A stretch of 64,000 bases of DNA, from the sequence record OR770614.1. One strand, given 5' to 3'. Both the position numbers and the translations under genes were made by a program. Under the pieces are notes generated by a model, which was not told the origin of the DNA, ran no database searches, and saw only the letters and a program-made list of their open reading frames with translations. Shown piece by piece: positions 18,372-27,277 of this stretch (position 1 is the stretch's first letter; each line of letters opens with the position of its first letter).

Positions 18372-20534
18372 ATGAAATTATATAGAATAGAAGAATTAAT
18401 TGATAAACACAATTCTGGAGATATTGTAATAACTAAAATTAAAGATAATGAAAATAAAACTTTAATCGAAACTAAAACAAAGAAAAGTGATAAATTAATA
18501 TTAAGAATTGAATCTAATTCTGAAGAATATAAAAAATTTACATTTAATGAAGATAATACACTTGATATTTCAAAATCAGAAGATTATATCAAAAGTGAAT
18601 ATGGTTTAGAGAATCCAACTTTTAGATTAGAGGATATTTCTTCAGATATTTTAGTATATGAAGAAAGACCTTATGAAATTATTGGTGAATTAAAATATGA
18701 CTTATTTACTATATTCTATAATTATTTAGGTAAAACAGAGAGAATTTATGACACAAACTTCATAGGGAATATAGAATATGAAGATTTGTCTTTTAATAGT
18801 ATAGAAAGAAAGGAAGTGAAAATCGAACCTTACCCACCAATATACCAAGATAATAGAAAGTATCCTAAAGATTATGCTTATAATCGTAAAGTATTAAAAG
18901 AATCTGAAATTATAGATGGTTTAATACATGAAGGGTTATTAGATGATGGTAGGATATTTTATGATGCATATCTAGGTGATATATATAAAACAAGGGAAAG
19001 TAACTTTGATGGAGCTTATAAAAGAAAATCAGGATATGATAGATTTCTTGGAGAAGGTTATGTAACTATTGAGGATGGAATATTGGAAATGAACATTTAT
19101 ATTCCTAATTCTTCTTATTATGAAATTAGATGTAAAAATGGAAACCATTTTAGTAATGGTACAGTGAACAAAGTATTTGTAGATAATGTAGGGTACTATT
19201 TTAGATCTCCGACAGATAGGGAATTTATATGGAATAGATCTATATTAGAATTTTATAGAGATTCAGAAAATGAATTTTATGAAGAAGTACCATTGTATTT
19301 GGAAAAAGGAAAACATACGTTTAAATTTGAATACGATAAAAAATTCTCTACTAAAAATAATGATATAGATATTCTTATACTTCAAGAGACTGAAGTTCCT
19401 GAATCCAAAAATCCTTTTTATATTAAAACTTATAATAACTTTAAGATTGGTACTCGTACTATAATTCCAATGAGTGATTTTTATGTAGATAATGATTCAT
19501 TAAATATGGGTACTGGAAATATTTTAGAAACTGTAAAGATAGATGGTAAATTAACTTCTATTGATGAAGTTAATAGAATGAACAATAAATTTACAATTTT
19601 AACAGGTACACTTAAAAATGAAATCAAATTAACTGAATCCGGAATGTACACATTCAATTTACTGTTTAGAAGAAAAAATAGGAATGAAGTTAATAATAAA
19701 AAAGAAGAAGCAATAATTAGTATAAATGGTAAAAATTACTTAGCTAAAGTATATGGAGATCATAATGATTTATGTACATTATCTTTATATAAGAGAAATA
19801 CTGATATAGGTATAGATGATCGTATTAAAGAAGTATATCTGAAAAAAGAAAATGAAATTAAAATAACAGTGTCTGATGAAAATAATTTTTTATTTGACTC
19901 ATTGATAATAAATTCAAATACCATTGAAAAACATTCAGATGTCAATCCAAAAGCATTATTATACCCTAATCTTAAAGATCACTATTTCATATTTAAGGAT
20001 TATGTAGAAACAAATAATGATGATGAATTAAATAATATTGATGGTGAAAAATCAAGATCATTTAGAAGTATTAGTGAATATATAGATACTGAAGATAATA
20101 TTGAGTTTTATATAGAAAAACCTCCTATATATTATGCTATTAATGAATTTGATTATAACACTAGAAAATTAGAATTCGATATTAGATATAAAAATCCAAT
20201 ACAGAATTTAGATATTTCTTTCCCAATAAAGTCTCATTATTTACCTAAAATTTTAATGATACATGATGATATGCAATTTGATAGATATATGATATTTAAA
20301 CCTTATGTATTTGAATCCATTAAATATCTGAGTCAGGATTATTCTTATGAGGGTTATATTAGCAAATTTAATAAGTATGACGCTAAATTAGTTCCACTAC
20401 AGAATTTTACTGAAAGTGAAATTGGTGAAACAATATACGATCTTGGAGAAAATTGGAAAGATAGATTATTGAATGAAACTGAGAATTTAGATATTATAAC
20501 ATTATGTCACATATATTCTAGAATAAATTATTAA
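18372..20534 (+). CDS. hypothetical protein, possibly with carbohydrate-binding-like beta-sandwich domains
   Basis: 720-aa ORF; the segments PLYLEKGKHTFKFEY...DIDILIL and VYLKKENEIKITV...FLFDSLII resemble CBM6/35 C-termini. Confidence 0.6.
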   Translation: MKLYRIEELIDKHNSGDIVITKIKDNENKTLIETKTKKSDKLILRIESNSEEYKKFTFNEDNTLDISKSEDYIKSEYGLENPTFRLEDISSDILVYEERPYEIIGELKYDLFTIFYNYLGKTERIYDTNFIGNIEYEDLSFNSIERKEVKIEPYPPIYQDNRKYPKDYAYNRKVLKESEIIDGLIHEGLLDDGRIFYDAYLGDIYKTRESNFDGAYKRKSGYDRFLGEGYVTIEDGILEMNIYIPNSSYYEIRCKNGNHFSNGTVNKVFVDNVGYYFRSPTDREFIWNRSILEFYRDSENEFYEEVPLYLEKGKHTFKFEYDKKFSTKNNDIDILILQETEVPESKNPFYIKTYNNFKIGTRTIIPMSDFYVDNDSLNMGTGNILETVKIDGKLTSIDEVNRMNNKFTILTGTLKNEIKLTESGMYTFNLLFRRKNRNEVNNKKEEAIISINGKNYLAKVYGDHNDLCTLSLYKRNTDIGIDDRIKEVYLKKENEIKITVSDENNFLFDSLIINSNTIEKHSDVNPKALLYPNLKDHYFIFKDYVETNNDDELNNIDGEKSRSFRSISEYIDTEDNIEFYIEKPPIYYAINEFDYNTRKLEFDIRYKNPIQNLDISFPIKSHYLPKILMIHDDMQFDRYMIFKPYVFESIKYLSQDYSYEGYISKFNKYDAKLVPLQNFTESEIGETIYDLGENWKDRLLNETENLDIITLCHIYSRINY

Positions 20535-20540
20535 AATATA

Positions 20541-20570
20541 TCCCCTAACACATTTATTTGTGTTAGGGGA
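20541..20570. terminator. bidirectional terminator between convergent genes
   Basis: TCCCCTAACACA / TGTGTTAGGGGA inverted repeat flanked by A- and T-rich runs. Confidence 0.8.
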
Positions 20571-20585
20571 TTTTTATTGCTAAAA

Positions 20586-21392
20586 TTATTTAATATCTCC
20601 GTTACCTGAACCTGTAATTCCACCTTTGTTATAATCAAAGTCAGAAAGCTGAGCTCCTGCTTCTTTAGGTGAATTAGGATCAAACATACCTTGTTCAACG
20701 AAGCTGTATACTTCTTTAAGTTTAGACTTAGCGAAGTCATTTACACGAGCAGAGATTTCCATATTACCTGCGAAATCTTGTTCAATTTGAACTTCTTCGT
20801 GAGTTTCCATAGTATAGTTATGATGATCAATGCTAATACGAGTAGGCATAACAGCTGTATAGTAAGCAGCAAATTCAATGTTATTTTTACCAGTGTTATT
20901 AGCATCAGGACGAGTTTGGATGTATAGTAATTCTCCTGTATGGTTCTTAGCAGCATATTCTAAGTTATGAATCTTAGGATAAGTTGCAATACCAGTACGA
21001 GGATCACGAATACCAGATACCCAATATTGATACATATTTTTAATTGGACTACCAGAGAATTCTTGGTGAGTCATTTGGAAACCAGTGTTTCCTTTAGTGA
21101 TAGATGCAGCAGTACGATAGTTATTACCGTTAAACGTATGCATATAATCATTTGTAGTTAATTCAATATTTTCTAAACCTTGGAATGATTTAAAGTTCTT
21201 TTGAGTCATAGCTTTAAACCCAGGGAATTGTTTTTCAACCCATGAAGGAACTTTAGTCCATACGATAAAGCTGTAACCAGTTACGAACGGATCAAACTCA
21301 AGAGTTTGTAAGTTCATATGGCCATTGTAGAACCATTTATTTTTAGCGATGTTATTATCAAACACACGCTGATTCTTACTTGGTAAAATCAT
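20586..21392 (-). CDS. tail tube protein
   Basis: 268 aa, immediately downstream of the sheath; YQYWVSGIRDP and P...E..F tube-like motifs; highly biased codon usage. Confidence 0.7.
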   Translation of the reverse strand: MILPSKNQRVFDNNIAKNKWFYNGHMNLQTLEFDPFVTGYSFIVWTKVPSWVEKQFPGFKAMTQKNFKSFQGLENIELTTNDYMHTFNGNNYRTAASITKGNTGFQMTHQEFSGSPIKNMYQYWVSGIRDPRTGIATYPKIHNLEYAAKNHTGELLYIQTRPDANNTGKNNIEFAAYYTAVMPTRISIDHHNYTMETHEEVQIEQDFAGNMEISARVNDFAKSKLKEVYSFVEQGMFDPNSPKEAGAQLSDFDYNKGGITGSGNGDIK

Positions 21393-21522
21393 AGATTATT
21401 TTCTCCTTTTCATAAATATTTATCCATAATGATATATAATAAAGAGTTTATATTAACTTCATATTAGTATAAATAATTATAAGATAATATCTTTTATATT
21501 TTAAAATTTATAAATAAAAAAT

Positions 21523-21551
21523 AGGATACGACTTACATTGTCGTATCCTAT
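21523..21551 (-). terminator. hairpin between sheath and tube genes
   Basis: ATAGGATACGAC / GTCGTATCCTAT inverted repeat with a minus-strand T-run. Confidence 0.6.
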
Positions 21552-21571
21552 AATGGGTTTATATTAAACTA

Positions 21572-24500
21572 TTATTTTTCAACATTGATATCAATGAAGA
21601 TACGTTCAATAACATTGTTGAATTTAACAGAAATACGTACACGTACGATACGTTGAGCTTTATCATATTCATCAGCACTAACTTCAGCTTGAATAGTTTC
21701 ACAACTACGGTTAGATACATAACGAGTTAAATAAGAATTCAATTCTGTATTCATGATAGAACGAGTTTCATCATCATTTAATTCAAATTGGTAATCAGAA
21801 ACTAATGTTTCAGCATCACGTTTAATTTGATTTAATGTGAAGATATTATTAAGGTTAGATAATGGACCATCTGATTTAATAGATGTCATTTGAGAACCAA
21901 ATTTAGTTCTATCAATATCTTTTTCAATGTAGTTAATCTTAGAAGTATAAAGTTTTTCTTTATAAGGTTCATTAGGAGCCCATGATAAAGCTTTATGTCC
22001 TTCTACTAGTCCACGTCTAGGTCCTGCAATAGGGAAGTGTAAACCAGAATTAACTGCTTGATAAGGAATCATTGAAGCTAAACGATAAGTTGGTGTGAAA
22101 CGAATGTCTCTACCAGTATACTCATCATAGTAAGTTAAGTCTTGAGAGTAAATAGCTGTGTACTCAGAAGATACTGCAAATTCTTCTTTTCTCCATTTAA
22201 TTGCATCTTCAGGACTAACTGGGTAACGATCAGTAATAGTATCAGCTAAGAATACAAAGTCCTTACGGTTGTTTTTAGCTAATTCGGAAATAGCGAACTT
22301 AACTTCGTTAGAATAACGAGCATCAAGAACAACATCAAACGGAACAGCTTTTGTATTTGTTAAATCTTCATCAATTAAACCTTTATAAGCTTTAATTAAT
22401 TCACGATTAACTGCATTCTTACGTTCACTATATGATAAATCATTTTCATAAGAGAAATCACCATCTGAACCGAATAAGAATTTAACCGGACTAGCTACAT
22501 CAATAAGGTTAGTATTGAAGTATTTAGAGTTAGCTTTATTCAAGTTAGCAACAGCCAATTCAATATTTTGATGAGCATTTGAAGTGATATCACGTTCAGT
22601 ATAGTTAGAACGAGTTTGGATCATTTCATCAATGTTCTTACGGAAAATAGCAATATCATAATAGATAGTGTTAGCTGCAATACGTACAGCACGAGCAACT
22701 TTATAAGTTGAAGATACTGAAACAGCTCTATTAATTAAGTCAACTAATTGATTAGCAATTTCATTACATATAGTATAAACTTCTTCACGATTAGTTGCGT
22801 TATCTTCCATTAAACCTACACGAACATCATCAATCAATAATTGACAATCTGCAATACGGTTTAACATAGATTCAGGAGAAACTATTTCACGTTCACCGTC
22901 TCCATCTTCATCAGGAACAGTGTTAATGAATTTAATAGCATCTTCTGGTAATCCTTCTTTAACAGCAGGAATTAAATTATCAGTAACATATTTAAGTTCA
23001 GTTTCAGTATCGTTTAATACTTTACTCATACCTTCAATATTAGTTACAGATTTCATTCCAATACGTAATTCAGCAATATCATTTGTAATATCTAAGATAT
23101 TAGATTTATGTTGAATACCAAAGATACGGATTTGGTCTTTTTGAGAAAGAACATCACGTAATTCTTTAACATCTGCTTGATATTTAGGATTTGAAGAAAT
23201 ACCTGAATTAGATTTATAAACTAATTCATAAGCTGCATTAAGTTTATTACCATTATCTAAGAATTCATTTAATAGTAAAGAACCAATTTCTTCAGAAGAA
23301 GCTAATACAGCTGATAAGTTTTCTTCATTAGAATCTTCGAAATAAGTTTTATAGTTTTCAACCAATTCAGAAACAACGCCTGAAGGTTTACCACCAAAGT
23401 TAATTTCAGAAGGTTTGAATTTTTCAGCTAATTCTTTTTCTACTGCTTCTTCATCTTCAATATTAGATGTAACATCTTCTTGAGTTAATTTATCAGAAAC
23501 TAAATTCTCTTTAATTGTCTTAGGAAGATCCCCTGCATCATCAACAAATAATCCACCATTAGGTACGATAATTTTGTTTAAGATTGACTTGAATTCAGAG
23601 AATTTATCAGAACGTAGAGTCTTATATTGATCTCTCATGTAAGATAAACGGTCAGAATCTGTTACAAATGATTTCTCACGAATACCATTATCTAATGAAA
23701 TTAAAGCATTTTCAACTGGATCGTTAAAATCAGGTTTATTTAATACTGGTTGTCCATTAATAGTTACTGGAATACCTTTATTATTGTAGCGTTGTAAAGA
23801 AATATGAACATCTTCTGAATCTTTAGTAACTTCAGAATAGAATGTTTCAGGAGCTCCGTCTAAACCTACTTTAGAACGTCCAGAAATAACATCAATACTA
23901 GCTGGATGAACATATGGATTAATTTGTTCAGCTAATCTTTGGAAATTTTCAAGATTAAATTTAATATTGATATATTTAGAATAACGATTAACTACTTCTT
24001 CGATAAACATTGATTCACCAGTATCAGAAATTGAATCTGTATCAAATGTTACTAAGAAAGGTCCATCTATTACATTAACGTTACCAAATTCATCGAAATC
24101 TAATACTTCTAGATTATAAACACGTTCTGTACGACCACTAGTGTCATAAGAAGTATTTAATGTTAAACGAATTCCTAAATCGTTATAAGATTCACCACGA
24201 CCATTTGGATAAGCTAATAATAAGAAATTATTATTATATCCATCTACAGTTTGTTCTGCAGTACGATCTAATGAAATTTCATTTACTAATTCTTCAATAT
24301 TTCTATTATTTTTCTTAACAAATGCAATAGTTGGACGAATTTTAACGTCATCAATTTCTACTAATTCATTTGCTTCTGTTAAAACTTTTTTGCCTTTACG
24401 TTGAACTCTACTTTGAACATTTAAAATGGCATGAGAGTAAGTTGCGTTATTAGGTAGTACACGTAATACGTAAGCTTGACCACCAGAACGTAACCAGTTT

Positions 24501-24721
24501 ACCATGTTGTAAGCAGTTTGTCCGTATTTTGCGTAATTTGGTTCACCATATTTAAAGATAAATTCTTCTTCAGTACCAACAAAGTCAATAACTCCATCTT
24601 TACCTTTTTCAAATGTGTCAGCTGCAAATAAAGTCACTGGACCTTCAGCTGTTTGGAAGTTATTTTGATAAGAGTTAACTTGAGTTTGTACAGAAGGATG
24701 GAGATACATAAAGTCTGCCAT
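21572..24721 (-). CDS. tail sheath protein
   Basis: N-terminal HPSV...EEEFIFKYGEPN...WLRSGGQAYVLRV; C-terminal AGPRRG...LYTSKINYI...VRVRISVKF; AACA-N6-TA at 24803-24814. Confidence 0.85.
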   Translation of the reverse strand: MADFMYLHPSVQTQVNSYQNNFQTAEGPVTLFAADTFEKGKDGVIDFVGTEEEFIFKYGEPNYAKYGQTAYNMVNWLRSGGQAYVLRVLPNNATYSHAILNVQSRVQRKGKKVLTEANELVEIDDVKIRPTIAFVKKNNRNIEELVNEISLDRTAEQTVDGYNNNFLLLAYPNGRGESYNDLGIRLTLNTSYDTSGRTERVYNLEVLDFDEFGNVNVIDGPFLVTFDTDSISDTGESMFIEEVVNRYSKYINIKFNLENFQRLAEQINPYVHPASIDVISGRSKVGLDGAPETFYSEVTKDSEDVHISLQRYNNKGIPVTINGQPVLNKPDFNDPVENALISLDNGIREKSFVTDSDRLSYMRDQYKTLRSDKFSEFKSILNKIIVPNGGLFVDDAGDLPKTIKENLVSDKLTQEDVTSNIEDEEAVEKELAEKFKPSEINFGGKPSGVVSELVENYKTYFEDSNEENLSAVLASSEEIGSLLLNEFLDNGNKLNAAYELVYKSNSGISSNPKYQADVKELRDVLSQKDQIRIFGIQHKSNILDITNDIAELRIGMKSVTNIEGMSKVLNDTETELKYVTDNLIPAVKEGLPEDAIKFINTVPDEDGDGEREIVSPESMLNRIADCQLLIDDVRVGLMEDNATNREEVYTICNEIANQLVDLINRAVSVSSTYKVARAVRIAANTIYYDIAIFRKNIDEMIQTRSNYTERDITSNAHQNIELAVANLNKANSKYFNTNLIDVASPVKFLFGSDGDFSYENDLSYSERKNAVNRELIKAYKGLIDEDLTNTKAVPFDVVLDARYSNEVKFAISELAKNNRKDFVFLADTITDRYPVSPEDAIKWRKEEFAVSSEYTAIYSQDLTYYDEYTGRDIRFTPTYRLASMIPYQAVNSGLHFPIAGPRRGLVEGHKALSWAPNEPYKEKLYTSKINYIEKDIDRTKFGSQMTSIKSDGPLSNLNNIFTLNQIKRDAETLVSDYQFELNDDETRSIMNTELNSYLTRYVSNRSCETIQAEVSADEYDKAQRIVRVRISVKFNNVIERIFIDINVEK

Positions 24722-24848
24722 ATTTTTTGTAACCTTCCTTTCGATATTTACATCTATGTGATTTTATTTTTTCAATAGACATTTTTAATATAATAAATTT
24801 TATAATAGTATGTTTAAAGTACAGAAGTATATATGAAACACAATGCAA

Positions 24849-25043
24849 CTATTCCATAGAACTTTTAACTAATTTTTCTACATCAGCTTTATATTCTTCA
24901 GGTATTTGATCTATACTTATTTCATTTTGAAAAACTAAAAATGCTAAATAAGGTTTAAAATATTTTTTATTAGAATTAAATTTAGCAAATAACAGTAAAG
25001 ATTTTACCAAAGGTAATAAATTCTTTGATATTTTCCATATCAT
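24849..25043 (-). CDS. small protein, CD1375/XkdX-like C-terminus
   Basis: YLAFLVFQNEISIDQIPEEYKADVEKLV resembles the CD1375-type pattern. Confidence 0.45.
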   Translation of the reverse strand: MIWKISKNLLPLVKSLLLFAKFNSNKKYFKPYLAFLVFQNEISIDQIPEEYKADVEKLVKSSME

Positions 25044-25063
25044 ATTATTAACACTTCTTTCTA

Positions 25064-25837
25064 TTAATATTTCATAACATCTTCTAAAGGTGTACGTTTT
25101 TCTTCTCCACCCTTAGCAGTTCTACCTATAGAACTTACAATTGTATCATCCATTCCTTCAAATGTAAATGAAGCAAATGTTGAATTAAGATTAGGTAATT
25201 TCTTAAGATTATAATTAATATAGTCTAATGATCCTACATTATCTTTTTTATTCAAAGCTATTCTATAAGGCATTTCTACATTACCTTTATATCTACATAT
25301 TTCAGCAATAATTAATTCATAAGTTAATGAATTTGATTTAAGATTTACTTTATTACTATTTAATACATCATAATGAAGTTTAATAATATCATTATAATCT
25401 ACAAATGAAGGTAATTTTCCTGCATGGAATAAGAATAAGAAATTCTTAACAGTTTCAGCTGATTGTTCAATATGTACATTAGCCATAAACTGACAACCAT
25501 TAGTTAATCTAAATACATCATATTGAATTGAATCTAAACCTTCTGATAATTTCCCATCAAATTTAAACTGTTCTGTATAGTTGAAATCCATTCTATTAGG
25601 ATATTTAATCTTTCTAACTTCCCCAGATTTACCTTCTTCAGCTTGTTTTTCAGTTTTAATTTCAAATTGGAACATACCATAAGCATTAATATATTCTCCA
25701 CGATGTTCAGCTAAACCATTTTTAAACTGTTCTCTTGGTATATAAATATCTAATACTTCACCAGTAAAAATTATTGAATTTCCATCTCTTCTAAATTCTT
25801 TAATATTCAATTTTAAATATATCTCCCTTCTATTCAA
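25064..25837 (-). CDS. multisubunit RNA polymerase beta' C-terminal fragment (probably virion RNAP)
   Basis: YELIIAEICR aligns by eye with RpoC HIEVIVRQMLR; NSTFASFTFE...TPLEDVM aligns with SFISAASFQE...LKENVI; late motif at 25849-25860. Confidence 0.65.
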   Translation of the reverse strand: MNRREIYLKLNIKEFRRDGNSIIFTGEVLDIYIPREQFKNGLAEHRGEYINAYGMFQFEIKTEKQAEEGKSGEVRKIKYPNRMDFNYTEQFKFDGKLSEGLDSIQYDVFRLTNGCQFMANVHIEQSAETVKNFLFLFHAGKLPSFVDYNDIIKLHYDVLNSNKVNLKSNSLTYELIIAEICRYKGNVEMPYRIALNKKDNVGSLDYINYNLKKLPNLNSTFASFTFEGMDDTIVSSIGRTAKGGEEKRTPLEDVMKY

Positions 25838-25887
25838 TATTTCATAAATATAAGAATGTTAGAGCTCAATTTTCGTGCGTAAAAAAT

Positions 25888-25918
25888 ACCCTAACATCTC
25901 AATTAGAAATGTTAGGGT
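25888..25918 (-). terminator. terminator after nrdF
   Basis: ACCCTAACAT / ATGTTAGGGT hairpin with a minus-strand T-run. Confidence 0.7.
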
Positions 25919-25945
25919 TGCAAATTAATCATATACACTTGTTTA

Positions 25946-27016
25946 TTAATCTATATAATAACTATGATTGAATCTATCATCTGCTTTATCTTTATATGAA
26001 TTAATAATATTTTTATTAAGTTCATTAACATCAATTACATCGTAATCTTCTTCTTTAGTATTTTCAGCTTTACCTAATAAATAACCATTACCTTCTTGAG
26101 AGAAGAAGTCATGATTTCCTGTAGAAGTTTTTAATCCTGCCATTACAATAGGATTTACATCTTCTTCAGTAGTTTCGAAAATAGGATCTAACTTAAGATT
26201 TGATAAAGCTTTATTAGCATTGTATTGAGCAAATAATTTAACATCTTCAGCCCAACCAATTTCAGTATAAACTTCTTCAATGAATTCACATTCAACTTGA
26301 TATAGTTCAAATAGCAAATTAGTTACCCACATTTTAGTTTCATTTTGTTCTTCTTCACTTAATTTTTCAAATCTCTTACTGAATTTATATCCAATATATG
26401 AACCATGAACTGATTCATCTCTTAAAATTAATTTTATGATTTCAAGAACTGATTTAAGACTATCTTTTAATCGTAATGGAGTATAGAAACCTGAATAGAA
26501 TAAGAATGATTCTAAAAATACTGAAGCTGCTTGAACCTTAAGGATATCTCCTGATTGATAAGCTTCATTAATTAATTTAATTTTCTTTTGTACATATTTA
26601 TTATTTTCTGCCCATTCAAAGTTTTCATCAACTTCTTTTGAAGTGCATAATGTAGTAAAAATAGTACTATAACTACGAGCATGAATTGATTCCATAAAAC
26701 CGATATTTCTTAATACATCTTCTTCTAATGTAGTTAATGCACTATGCATTAAAGCATCAGAACCTTCACGTGATTGAAGTGTATCTAAAATAGTCAATTC
26801 TGCAAATACTTTATTAACTACACTTTTAGTCAAATCATCAGTATTACTCCAAGCTTTAATATCATTAGAAACTGGAATACGTGTTGATGTCCAGAATTGA
26901 GATACTAAAGTATCATATGTCATAATATCTACATAATCATCCACTCTATTCCAATTGACAGGTGTATAATAACCTTTATCTTTTGTATAACTTGTTAAGA
27001 AATCTCCTCTATCCAT
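25946..27016 (-). CDS. nrdF: ribonucleotide reductase class Ib beta subunit
   Basis: LTILDTLQ, MESIHARSY, FLESFLFYSGF, RDESVHG, NHDFFSQEGNGY; all metal ligands and the radical Tyr are present. Confidence 0.95.
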   Translation of the reverse strand: MDRGDFLTSYTKDKGYYTPVNWNRVDDYVDIMTYDTLVSQFWTSTRIPVSNDIKAWSNTDDLTKSVVNKVFAELTILDTLQSREGSDALMHSALTTLEEDVLRNIGFMESIHARSYSTIFTTLCTSKEVDENFEWAENNKYVQKKIKLINEAYQSGDILKVQAASVFLESFLFYSGFYTPLRLKDSLKSVLEIIKLILRDESVHGSYIGYKFSKRFEKLSEEEQNETKMWVTNLLFELYQVECEFIEEVYTEIGWAEDVKLFAQYNANKALSNLKLDPIFETTEEDVNPIVMAGLKTSTGNHDFFSQEGNGYLLGKAENTKEEDYDVIDVNELNKNIINSYKDKADDRFNHSYYID

Positions 27017-27042
27017 ATTAACTTAATCTCCTTCTTTTAATT

Positions 27043-27261
27043 TTAAACTAATATAAAATCAATTATCTGTACATTGCTATCTCTAACATGTCTAAATTGA
27101 TCATCATAATTTTCTAAGTAATAATGAACTTTATTATCCAAGTCAGAGCTATTAGAGATAACCTCTTTAGCTCCACTTGGTAAATCTATTACTACTATTA
27201 ATATTTCTGGTTCTTTATTTAAATTTCTATATTTACTTTCAAATTTTTCTTTTAATGTCAT
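27043..27261 (-). CDS. small hypothetical protein between nrdE and nrdF
   Basis: Start corrected to MTLKEKF (ATG at 27261) behind a GGAGG RBS; 72 aa. Confidence 0.75.
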   Translation of the reverse strand: MTLKEKFESKYRNLNKEPEILIVVIDLPSGAKEVISNSSDLDNKVHYYLENYDDQFRHVRDSNVQIIDFILV

Positions 27262-27277
27262 ATTAAATACCTCCTGA

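Noticed and set aside
21572-24721. Intein in the unusually long tail sheath
   Set aside because: I saw no C/S-start, His-Asn end or LAGLIDADG motifs; the extra length looks like a helical insertion domain.
25946-27016. NrdF as a metal-free class Ie subunit
   Set aside because: All carboxylate and His ligands (D, ExxH, E, DExxH) are intact, so it is ordinary class Ib.
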